A stretch of DNA of 52,385 nt from a virus (lineage: Duplodnaviria > Caudoviricetes), in the IMG/VR virus record IMGVR_UViG_3300035070_002282, positions 1 through 52,385 of that record. One strand, given 5' to 3'. Both the position numbers and the translations under genes were made by a program. Positions 39,120 through 47,325 of the stretch are shown one piece after another. A model generated the notes under the pieces. That model was not told where the DNA came from, searched no databases, and saw nothing but the letters and a program-made list of their open reading frames with translations. The number at the start of each line of letters is the position of its first letter. The first letter of the stretch is position 1.

Positions 39120-39947
39120 ATGATTGAACAAATACACTTTTTTGGATGTAGCGTTACCGCGGGCAACGAACTATGGGAAGAAGCACACGTTACGGGGTAC
39201 AATGACCTGTCGTTTAAAGAAGCACGTAAAGTTGCTAAAGACGCAGATCAGAATCTTATTGACCCGTATAATTATAATAATTCGTTTCCTGCGCTAACTG
39301 CTAAACTACTAAATGTAGATAATTTTAAAAATCACGCAATTCCTGGAATTTCTAATAAAGAAATTGCTGCAAGAGCAATTGCCGCTTTTCCCGAAGACAA
39401 ATACACTAACACAGTTGCGCTAATTCAGTTTACTACGCACAATAGAATGGTGTTACGATACAAAGAAACTGACACTAGCTCAACAGTTGGTAGCTTTGTT
39501 ATTCATCCAACTGCCGGACACGATAGTAGACTTTCACGCAAGCAGGGTAATTTGTTAACAGAAATGTTCTTTGAGTTTTTTAACGAGTCGTTATTATCTC
39601 AAGATGATCATATGTTTGTGTACTACGCAGTAGAAGTATTGAGAAATAAAGGAATTGATGCGCACATTTTATGGTGCGACATTCAAGTCGGCGACTGGAT
39701 TCACTGGGATCACGATGCAGGTGCAGCTGACAATAATAAAGAAATTAGTATTAAGTCAGATATAGAACCTGACTATATGCAACCTGTTAATACATTTATT
39801 GCTAAAGAGTACCATAAATACAATCCAATAGGGAAAACTTTTAACGACGTAGTAGGCAACAATCAAAGATTGCCAAGATTTCACTATTCGCAAGCATCAC
39901 ATGTTTTGATTGCCAACGCCCTAGCAGAGAGGTTTAAAGATGTTTAA
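39120..39947 (+). CDS. SGNH/GDSL-fold protein
   Basis: 'FFGCSVTAG', 'N.AIPG.SN', C-terminal 'HY...H..IA'. Confidence 0.65.
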   Translation: MIEQIHFFGCSVTAGNELWEEAHVTGYNDLSFKEARKVAKDADQNLIDPYNYNNSFPALTAKLLNVDNFKNHAIPGISNKEIAARAIAAFPEDKYTNTVALIQFTTHNRMVLRYKETDTSSTVGSFVIHPTAGHDSRLSRKQGNLLTEMFFEFFNESLLSQDDHMFVYYAVEVLRNKGIDAHILWCDIQVGDWIHWDHDAGAADNNKEISIKSDIEPDYMQPVNTFIAKEYHKYNPIGKTFNDVVGNNQRLPRFHYSQASHVLIANALAERFKDV

Positions 39948-40032
39948 TTGGATTCGAACACTATATATTAAAATTAAATATAGAAAAAAACTTAAAGAGC
40001 TATCGAAAAGATCACCGTATATTTACAGATAA
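39940..40032 (+). CDS. 30-aa basic amphipathic peptide MFNWIRTLYIKIKYRKKLKELSKRSPYIYR (absent from ORF track)
   Basis: Translated by hand; GAGG upstream of the ATG; fills the gap between two operonic genes. Confidence 0.7.
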   Translation: MFNWIRTLYIKIKYRKKLKELSKRSPYIYR

Positions 40033-40044
40033 AATAGGTAACTA

Positions 40045-42006
40045 ATGAATTCTTCTAAAAAGAAAGTAGTGATTTATGTACCTGATTCAACTAGCGGCAT
40101 CTATCTTCCGCTGCTTTGGGCCAGTGCTAAAAGCTACTATGAAATTAAAGGACAGCGGCCTGACGAGTACGAATGGATTCATCCGCGCATTAATTATGAA
40201 TTCAATTTTGAAAAACTTAAAGAACAATTACTTAAAATAAAACCAGATGTATTTGGTATTAGTATGTACATCTGGAACGATGTACAATGCCTTGAAGCAG
40301 CTAAATGGGTTAAAGAAACTTTTCCTAACTGTTTAGTAATAAGCGGCGGCCCACAACAATATTTTAAACATGAAAGAGATTGGTTTGAAAAGTACACATT
40401 CCTTGACGCAAGTCTTGATGGCGGACAATATGGCGAAGTTACTATTGCAGATATCCTAGATAATCTAACTGACGATAACAAAGTTGATTGGGATTTAGTT
40501 ACTGAAGTAGTTTATCCTGGAAAAACTATTCTGCCAAAAACAGATCGAGGAATTCTTAAAAGTAAAAAGCGTATTAACAAACGAGCCTTTATGTGGGATT
40601 ACAGTCCTTATGATATGCAACGAGATGTTATATTAGAGTGTTCTAATGAAATTAGATCGCTAACTAGCGAGAATGAAACGTATGACGTTAATGCATATGT
40701 TAATGGAAAATTAGAAACAACTCGAGGTTGTCCTTATGCGTGTGCGTTCTGTGATTGGGGCGGAGGCATTGCATCAAAGGTTATTCAAAAATCTGTAGAT
40801 AAAGTTAAGTTAGATATTAATGTTTTAGAAGAAGCAGGTTGTTCTTATATTTTCCTTTGTGATGCAAACTTTGGAATAATGCGTGACCGAGATATTGAAA
40901 TTATGAACTATCTTGCTGAACGAAAAAAGAAAAATCCATTTTTGTTTCATGTATACTTTGGCGGCTTTGCTAAATCAGACAAGCACACTGAAGTCATAAA
41001 AGAAATTTTAGACATTGATGCAAGGCATAATCTAACATGGGATTTAAGCTACAAAGCTAGTATACAAAGTATTCATAAAGATATTTTAGATAACATTAAA
41101 CGTACTGACATTTCTTTTGAAAAGCACATTTATTTGGCCAAACATCTTAAAGATAATTATAATTTTTCTTCATATGCTGAATGTATTAGTGGTCTTCCGG
41201 GAATAACTCCTGACAGATGGTACGAAGAAATGAATGTTTTTGCATCGCACAATATGGACATTTGTTTGTACAACTGGCATATGCTTCCTGAAACACCGAG
41301 TTACGATCAAGCATTTAGAGATAGAATGGGCATTAAAACTGTTGAAAAGTTTAATAACATGCAAACTAATAACTCTACATTACGTAAGAGTGAAGTAGTA
41401 GTAGAAACTTTTAGTTATACTAAAGAAGATTATAAAGAAATGTGGATGGCATATGCTATTCAACGATCGTTTTGGGCAACAGGCCTATTAAGAAAAACAA
41501 TCAAACAGATCTTAAAACAGTCAGACATTGGCTACGGCGACTTTGTTAAAATGTTTTATAGAGATTTTTTAAGAGGCAACCCCGGACCTGTATTTAAAAA
41601 ATATGTAGATCAGGTTGATAAACAGTATGCTGATTATTATGATCCAAACAGCGATGTTAGTAATTTGTCAATTATGTTTCCTACAGCTAATGTGCCAATG
41701 CAAAGTTCTCTTATGCTATTTTATTTTTACAATCTCGACAACTGTAGAGATACATTAGTGTCATGGTTAATACATAACTTTCCGTACCTTAATGAAAAGG
41801 CAATTAACAAAGAGCTTGACAAATTTATTACTGTAAACAATAGATACACTACTAAGTTCAGTTTAACTAGAGCAATTAGTTTTAACAACAGTGTTATTGA
41901 CCAATTTAAAAAAGACACAGAAGGTAACTTAGTAGACTTTATAGTTACTCAAATGGAAACTTATACTAACACCAATTTCTTGACAGCAAGGGCAATAGGT
42001 GTATAA
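40045..42006 (+). CDS. cobalamin-binding radical SAM protein (class B-like)
   Basis: 'PDVFGISMYIWN...VISGGP..GE' B12-binding domain; ETTRGCPYACAFCDW; DANFG. Confidence 0.88.
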   Translation: MNSSKKKVVIYVPDSTSGIYLPLLWASAKSYYEIKGQRPDEYEWIHPRINYEFNFEKLKEQLLKIKPDVFGISMYIWNDVQCLEAAKWVKETFPNCLVISGGPQQYFKHERDWFEKYTFLDASLDGGQYGEVTIADILDNLTDDNKVDWDLVTEVVYPGKTILPKTDRGILKSKKRINKRAFMWDYSPYDMQRDVILECSNEIRSLTSENETYDVNAYVNGKLETTRGCPYACAFCDWGGGIASKVIQKSVDKVKLDINVLEEAGCSYIFLCDANFGIMRDRDIEIMNYLAERKKKNPFLFHVYFGGFAKSDKHTEVIKEILDIDARHNLTWDLSYKASIQSIHKDILDNIKRTDISFEKHIYLAKHLKDNYNFSSYAECISGLPGITPDRWYEEMNVFASHNMDICLYNWHMLPETPSYDQAFRDRMGIKTVEKFNNMQTNNSTLRKSEVVVETFSYTKEDYKEMWMAYAIQRSFWATGLLRKTIKQILKQSDIGYGDFVKMFYRDFLRGNPGPVFKKYVDQVDKQYADYYDPNSDVSNLSIMFPTANVPMQSSLMLFYFYNLDNCRDTLVSWLIHNFPYLNEKAINKELDKFITVNNRYTTKFSLTRAISFNNSVIDQFKKDTEGNLVDFIVTQMETYTNTNFLTARAIGV

Positions 42007-43085
42007 TGAAGGTAACAAAGTTTCCTGTAGGTAATTATGGAGTTATTATTGACGATTTAGACCTCGATAATATTACTAATGAAGAATGGGAAGAAATTGG
42101 TAAACTCCATTTAAAGAACTTAGTTACAATTATACGAGGCAGTAAGTGCAACGTAGACCAATTTTCTAAACTTATACACCAATGGGGTCCTGAGTTTTGG
42201 AGTTTAAAATATTCATTACTTAAAAAGTATAATCTAAACTGGAGTACTTTTCAAGCAGCAGTACTAGCTGACTTACCTATTATTGAACCAATAGATAAAG
42301 AAATTTTAGACATTCTTTACAAGGCAAGTGTAACTGCTGAGAATGGTAAAAGCATTAATTTTTTTAGTTCGTCAAAAGACGAAAAAGGTGATTACGGATT
42401 ATACGGCGGCCAAGAATTAGACTGGCATATGCACAGCAGCGGCAACTATGTTTTTGAACATGCTGTTAGCTTACTAGCTGCTAAGAACGTTGTAGGCACT
42501 GCTACGGGCTTTGTAAGCACTGCTGATTACTATGAAAGTGTCTCAGAAAGTTTTAGATCAGAACTTAATGACATGATTGTATTACACAAATACGATAGTG
42601 CAGATGTAGACCCTCCTTTTAGACCAAGTGAAGAAGCAGTACTTAAATTTAAAATGTGCCCAGTGGACTATAATGAAGTGCCTATGGTAATACAAAGTCC
42701 TGGAGGAATTAAAGGATTGCACTTTTCTCCTCCTACTATGTACAAAATTAAAGATGCAACTGAAAAAGAAAGTCAGAAAATATTTAATACTATTTCAAAA
42801 AAATTGTTTAGTAAGAAATATATTTATGATCATTGGTATACGCAAGACGGCGATTTTTTAACATTTGACAATAGCATCACACTACACAGACGAGTAGGTC
42901 AAACAGACGACAGAAAAATATATAGAATAGAACACACCTACGATAATCTGTTAGATAAATTTTACGAACCGTTTTTACAAGAAAAGTATGCTAAACAACA
43001 TAGAAAAATGATTAGACAAATTATGAATCTAGATAAAAGTTCTGGATTTATTAAGCCTCCATTTAAGATTAAGGATTTATTATGA
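42006..43085 (+). CDS. TauD/TfdA-like dioxygenase
   Basis: 'YGVII.D.DL', 'DWH', 'H.Y..DGD...FDN..TLHRR'. Confidence 0.75.
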   Translation: MKVTKFPVGNYGVIIDDLDLDNITNEEWEEIGKLHLKNLVTIIRGSKCNVDQFSKLIHQWGPEFWSLKYSLLKKYNLNWSTFQAAVLADLPIIEPIDKEILDILYKASVTAENGKSINFFSSSKDEKGDYGLYGGQELDWHMHSSGNYVFEHAVSLLAAKNVVGTATGFVSTADYYESVSESFRSELNDMIVLHKYDSADVDPPFRPSEEAVLKFKMCPVDYNEVPMVIQSPGGIKGLHFSPPTMYKIKDATEKESQKIFNTISKKLFSKKYIYDHWYTQDGDFLTFDNSITLHRRVGQTDDRKIYRIEHTYDNLLDKFYEPFLQEKYAKQHRKMIRQIMNLDKSSGFIKPPFKIKDLL

Positions 43086-43765
43086 CACCTAAAGAAAAAC
43101 AAATTAAAGAGTTTTACGACACTATTACATTTCCGGGATTATATAAATCTATAGATGTTGTTGAGTATGGTGACTATTTAATCTACGAACGTTACTTGAG
43201 ATTCTATGAAGATAATGATGTAACTACAGTTCTTGACATTGGGTGCGGCAGCGGATTTGTCACTAATGTTATTGCGTATAATAATCCGCATCTAAAAATT
43301 ACTGCTATTGATTTCAGCGACACTATTGAGCACGGAAAGAAAATTGCAAAAGAGTTAGGCATTAAGAATATTAAATGGGTCAAAGCAAACTTTTTAACAA
43401 AGAAATTTAATAACACATATGACGTAGTGTTTGCTAACGGCTCTTTACATCATATGCCCGAATATAAAACTGCTGTAGAAAAAGCAAAGTCGTTAACGCA
43501 TAATTTCTTATTAGTTGGGCTTTATAACAAATACGGCAAATGGATACAACGAAACATAGTCCCCAAATTTAGTACTGTTTGTTTTGAATTAGATCAAATG
43601 TCTATTCCGTTTGAACTTAGTTTTACACATAATCAATCTAAGAAAGCATTTAAAGAGTTTAAACTTGTAAAAGTTACTCCTAGTATATTTGGTGTGGGCG
43701 TAGACTTTGTAAGTCTGTTTAGAGGTAAATGGGGCGGATTTACGTTTTATACGTTTAAAAGATAA
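43082..43765 (+). CDS. class I SAM-dependent methyltransferase
   Basis: VLDIGCGSG, AIDFS, YDVVFANGSLHH. Confidence 0.9.
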   Translation: MTPKEKQIKEFYDTITFPGLYKSIDVVEYGDYLIYERYLRFYEDNDVTTVLDIGCGSGFVTNVIAYNNPHLKITAIDFSDTIEHGKKIAKELGIKNIKWVKANFLTKKFNNTYDVVFANGSLHHMPEYKTAVEKAKSLTHNFLLVGLYNKYGKWIQRNIVPKFSTVCFELDQMSIPFELSFTHNQSKKAFKEFKLVKVTPSIFGVGVDFVSLFRGKWGGFTFYTFKR

Positions 43766-44328
43766 TCTGAAAACATAGCAACAGCTAATCCAAAACTAAC
43801 GTGTTTAGGTTCTGATTTTTCAGCAAGTGGTACTGCTAAAGTCCAACGCCCTTTGGGACCAGGACAGTATGTACTGTGTAACATTCCTACTTGTACTAAA
43901 CTAGGAATATTTGTAGGTGTCCTGTGTATTTCATTGCACTGATGAGCTTCTGCTCTTAGATAATTTACGCCAAATGTAGTTGTAATTGGTTCGGGTGCGA
44001 ATCCTTTTTTAGGTTGCCACCAGATAATTTCGCCATCACCGTATGAGATATTTAATCTTGCAATATCGCTTATATGGTCTGTATCTGCATGTAACCAAAT
44101 ACCTCCGCCGGGCGGAGTATAAAATGCCTCCCAAGATGGAATACGTAGTCCGGAAATACCTTCCATAAAGTCTACAAACTCTTTGTTAATCATTGTCTTA
44201 GGATCAAGTTCTACATGATTTAATTGATCGGGATTTTCCGGAAATAATTTAAACAGATCTATTTCCGGCATCACTGGAAGATTTAAGTACTGGTGTACAT
44301 ATGGCTTTCTTTTAAATAGATTAAACAT
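43747..44328 (-). CDS. 2OG-Fe(II) oxygenase-like protein
   Basis: 'EAFYTPP...HAD...PSLV..G..HST....RWTL'. Confidence 0.55.
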   Translation of the reverse strand: MFNLFKRKPYVHQYLNLPVMPEIDLFKLFPENPDQLNHVELDPKTMINKEFVDFMEGISGLRIPSWEAFYTPPGGGIWLHADTDHISDIARLNISYGDGEIIWWQPKKGFAPEPITTTFGVNYLRAEAHQCNEIHRTPTNIPSLVQVGMLHSTYCPGPKGRWTLAVPLAEKSEPKHVSFGLAVAMFSDYLLNV

Positions 44329-45100
44329 TAAAAAATATCTTCTTTATTTCCTCTGCTATTAACTTGTAACCTTCAATAGTAGGGTGCATGTCATTAGTCA
44401 TATAAGTAGCAGGGCCGTCCATTTTAGGATAATGATTTGCTACGGTTTCGTAGTCATCTGCGCATACGTTGTCGCGCCTTGCAAATAATCGAGCAAAACA
44501 ATCATAGTCAGTGTGACTATGTACACATCGACTCCAGTCTATCTTATTTGCAACATCGGGGCACATTTTCTTTAAATATTCTTCGCCCCGTATTTCAAAA
44601 CCGTTTCCAAATACAAAATCAAATCCATTAGCTTTGGCAAAGTTTTGTGCTTCTAAAATACAACAAGCAGTTTCTACAGCAGCAGCACTTGCACTATATA
44701 ACTTTGAATACATAATGTGAATATCTTTATGATCTAAAAAAGGCCAAAGTGTTTCAAACTTATAATGATCTTCTTTCCAGCCTTCTTTAAAAAGATCAAA
44801 CCGTTCAAAGCCTGTAAGAATTAAAACAACAGTACCGCCATTATATTCATCAAAGTCATTTAAGTATAAACTGCGCACTGCGCCTCTATTGCCAATTGCA
44901 CGTTGACCTAAATTAATTGGAGTATAATCTAATAAGTCTGCTAGTCGTTTAACCCAACTGTTTTCTTGTTCCATAGGAATTAGGTGCATAGACTCGGATA
45001 GTTTCTTCCACATGCGTCCGTTATTAGCATCCCAAACTTCTTTAGTGTAGCCACCTTCTCCCTGCGTCCAACTGTCGCCTATGCCTATTATTGTTTTCAT
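44321..45100 (-). CDS. SGNH/GDSL hydrolase-fold protein
   Basis: GIGDSWTQG, NLG...GN, DMHP...GY..IA. Confidence 0.8.
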   Translation of the reverse strand: MKTIIGIGDSWTQGEGGYTKEVWDANNGRMWKKLSESMHLIPMEQENSWVKRLADLLDYTPINLGQRAIGNRGAVRSLYLNDFDEYNGGTVVLILTGFERFDLFKEGWKEDHYKFETLWPFLDHKDIHIMYSKLYSASAAAVETACCILEAQNFAKANGFDFVFGNGFEIRGEEYLKKMCPDVANKIDWSRCVHSHTDYDCFARLFARRDNVCADDYETVANHYPKMDGPATYMTNDMHPTIEGYKLIAEEIKKIFFNV

Positions 45101-45702
45101 ACTTGATCTTTACTCACGTATTCGCTAAGTTTATCTAATGCTTCGTCCCATAATACTCTGCGCTCGCTACCAATATGCACTAGCGCAAGACTTAATGTCC
45201 ATCGACCTTCTTCACTAGGGTTCCACGTACTATGAAATGTGCCTATGTTTACAAGGCTTGGTTTATTAATTTCTACTTCAAGTAGTTTCTTACAATGGCG
45301 TTCTTTAGCAGTAAGATACGGTAATCCAAACTCTGTTTGAAAAGTGTCAATGTATTTTTCATGTTTTGGCTCCCACCAAATTAACTTACTTTTAGGAGCA
45401 CCGTATGTCCAATTAATTTTAACAACATCAGATAGTTCAGGAGTGTCAGTGTGAATAGGAATCTTCCCCCCATAAGGCGGAGTATAAAATGCTTCAACCC
45501 AAATTGGATTAAATCCTACACCTTCAATCCATTTAATAAGTTCTAGATTAATTTCTGTATCCTCAACCGTAATGTGTCGATTGAACATAGGATCATAATC
45601 TGTTCTAGCAAATAGATCAATTTTAGGATCTACAGGTATATCGAGAAATCGATGAAAACGATTTTCTTTCTTTTTCTTTTTAAACAAATCAAACATTGAC
45701 AT
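45097..45702 (-). CDS. 2OG-Fe(II) oxygenase-like protein (paralog of 43747-44328)
   Basis: 'EAFYTPP...HTD...PSLV..G..HST.....RWTL'. Confidence 0.55.
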   Translation of the reverse strand: MSMFDLFKKKKKENRFHRFLDIPVDPKIDLFARTDYDPMFNRHITVEDTEINLELIKWIEGVGFNPIWVEAFYTPPYGGKIPIHTDTPELSDVVKINWTYGAPKSKLIWWEPKHEKYIDTFQTEFGLPYLTAKERHCKKLLEVEINKPSLVNIGTFHSTWNPSEEGRWTLSLALVHIGSERRVLWDEALDKLSEYVSKDQV

Positions 45703-46513
45703 AATTATCTATGGTGTACTTACTAACTAAGCAATGATCCTTATATTTTTCAATACTGCGATTTAGTACAGTTTCGTATTGTTCTAGATCTACAATTGCA
45801 ATAACAACTGCTAAGATTTTAGAATAATTATCGTCCTTAACGCTACCATGCACACAACGTAAGTTGTTCCACATGTAAGTATTAGTTTCTTCAAGCTGTG
45901 GTAAGAAAAACGTATCCTCTACGTTATACGGTTTAGTAGGGTTATCCATTACGTACAATGTAGACTCCGGGTTTTCATCATAAAGCGGAATTCTAAATGA
46001 ATTTGGACCATCCCACATTTCTGCACTATCTCTATGCTCAGAGAATGTTTGTACACTTGACCATAAGTTTAATGTTAGTATATCCTTTACGGGAAGCGAC
46101 TCGTGAAATTGCTGCCATAACTTTGGAAATTCTTTTTTAAACTCGTCAGTGTGCATATTTAAATCCCAGTCGTCGCCTACTTTTTGTATTAAATCTACTG
46201 AATAGAATGGACTAAATTCTGGCCCTGTGACTTGTGCTACATAATCACCGTTTTGCTTAACTGGTTTAATAGCGTGTTTAAAATACCAATCCTTAAAGTG
46301 TTCAGGATCATCAAGTTCAAACTTTGGTACGTCAATAGGCACTGCTAAGTATTTTCCAAATTTCTTCTCTATATCGTAAACTTTAGGATCGTTGCCTAGG
46401 AAGTTTTCAATTTGAAATTTTCTTTGAGTACTAATATGCTCTACTAATTTTGAACTGTCTGCTGTTTCTCTTGCTCGTGCAGCTAGTGCATTTTCAGTTG
46501 GTTCATACCGCAT
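45689..46513 (-). CDS. 2OG-Fe(II) oxygenase-like protein
   Basis: 'EHRD...FRI...WNN....HGS......K'. Confidence 0.5.
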   Translation of the reverse strand: MRYEPTENALAARARETADSSKLVEHISTQRKFQIENFLGNDPKVYDIEKKFGKYLAVPIDVPKFELDDPEHFKDWYFKHAIKPVKQNGDYVAQVTGPEFSPFYSVDLIQKVGDDWDLNMHTDEFKKEFPKLWQQFHESLPVKDILTLNLWSSVQTFSEHRDSAEMWDGPNSFRIPLYDENPESTLYVMDNPTKPYNVEDTFFLPQLEETNTYMWNNLRCVHGSVKDDNYSKILAVVIAIVDLEQYETVLNRSIEKYKDHCLVSKYTIDNYVNV

Positions 46514-47280
46514 TAGATTATTTCTCCGTACTTTGCTCTTATTTCTTTATAGTTATCTCTAGTGAACTTTTCACTAGACAGGTCAATAGTTTCGTCATAC
46601 GGATCACAAGGGGTCATTCCAATATGTGCCATATCTAAATCAATCATAAACACTACTCGCCATTCGTTAGAATTATTATACGCACTATGTGTATGTTGAT
46701 TATTAAATCCCCAAATATTATCCCAAGTAACTTCTTCGCCACTAGCTTCTAAAAATACATCTCCTTCAGGAATAATAAGAGGAATATGAATCCTAATATA
46801 TTTTCCGTCTCTGTTCTCAGGACCACTATGTCTATTTAATATAGTATGAGGAGCAAGTATAGTGTAATTAGCAATAGGACAATACTCGTTGTATTCTTTT
46901 ACTAGCTTATGTGCAGTAGGGTACTTACGAGCAATTCTATCTCCGTCACTTCTAGCAAACTGAAAATCAATCAGTTCATCATGTCTGCTGTATTTAAATT
47001 GTATGCCCTTCCAGCCCGACATGTCTTTTTCATATTCACCTGTCTCTAGGTTTTTTATTTCAACGCCTTGTACAGTTTCGTCTAATGCTACACCAAACAT
47101 ACGTAAATCTAAATTATCTGTAGAATACTTTTTACATGCTTGTTCTAAAGAATCAAATCCTTCTAGGAATTCGTCACGGAGAGCATCTTGAAAGCCCATA
47201 AGATAATCGGCGATAGGAATTTCATTTCCTCGCCAAATTTTCTTCATTTGGTAAATTTCTTCTAAGGATTTCTTATACAT
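46513..47280 (-). CDS. Asp/Asn beta-hydroxylase family protein
   Basis: 'Y.IL.P...L.RHSG....IRIHIPLIIP....F.....HSAYN.S.EWRVV...D'. Confidence 0.85.
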   Translation of the reverse strand: MYKKSLEEIYQMKKIWRGNEIPIADYLMGFQDALRDEFLEGFDSLEQACKKYSTDNLDLRMFGVALDETVQGVEIKNLETGEYEKDMSGWKGIQFKYSRHDELIDFQFARSDGDRIARKYPTAHKLVKEYNEYCPIANYTILAPHTILNRHSGPENRDGKYIRIHIPLIIPEGDVFLEASGEEVTWDNIWGFNNQHTHSAYNNSNEWRVVFMIDLDMAHIGMTPCDPYDETIDLSSEKFTRDNYKEIRAKYGEII

Positions 47281-47310
47281 AATATAGCACCCTCCATCAA
47301 GTGCTATATT
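47281..47310 (-). promoter_or_regulatory. perfect 10-bp hairpin enclosing the GGAGG RBS and abutting the ATG
   Basis: Minus strand: AATATAGCAC-TTGATGGAGG-GTGCTATATT-ATG. Confidence 0.75.
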
Positions 47311-47317
47311 ATTTATT
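47310..47317 (-). promoter_or_regulatory. T4-like late promoter (AATAAATA)
   Basis: tatttatt on + strand, directly at the hairpin base. Confidence 0.65.
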
Positions 47318-47325
47318 ATTAGATA

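Noticed and set aside
46800-46850. HSG motif as the signature of a 2OG-dependent halogenase
   Set aside because: HxG is the normal motif in the AspH family, so it is not diagnostic here.
10286-47280. DNA hypermodification cluster as the primary reading
   Set aside because: I recognised no thymidylate-synthase/hydroxymethylase, deazaguanine or DNA-replication genes, and the context is structural and partly late. It is disfavoured but not excluded.
10286-47280. Bacterial LPS/capsule or NRPS/PKS cluster
   Set aside because: No flippase, polymerase, transporter, carrier protein or condensation/KS domains were seen, and the flanks and promoters are phage-type.
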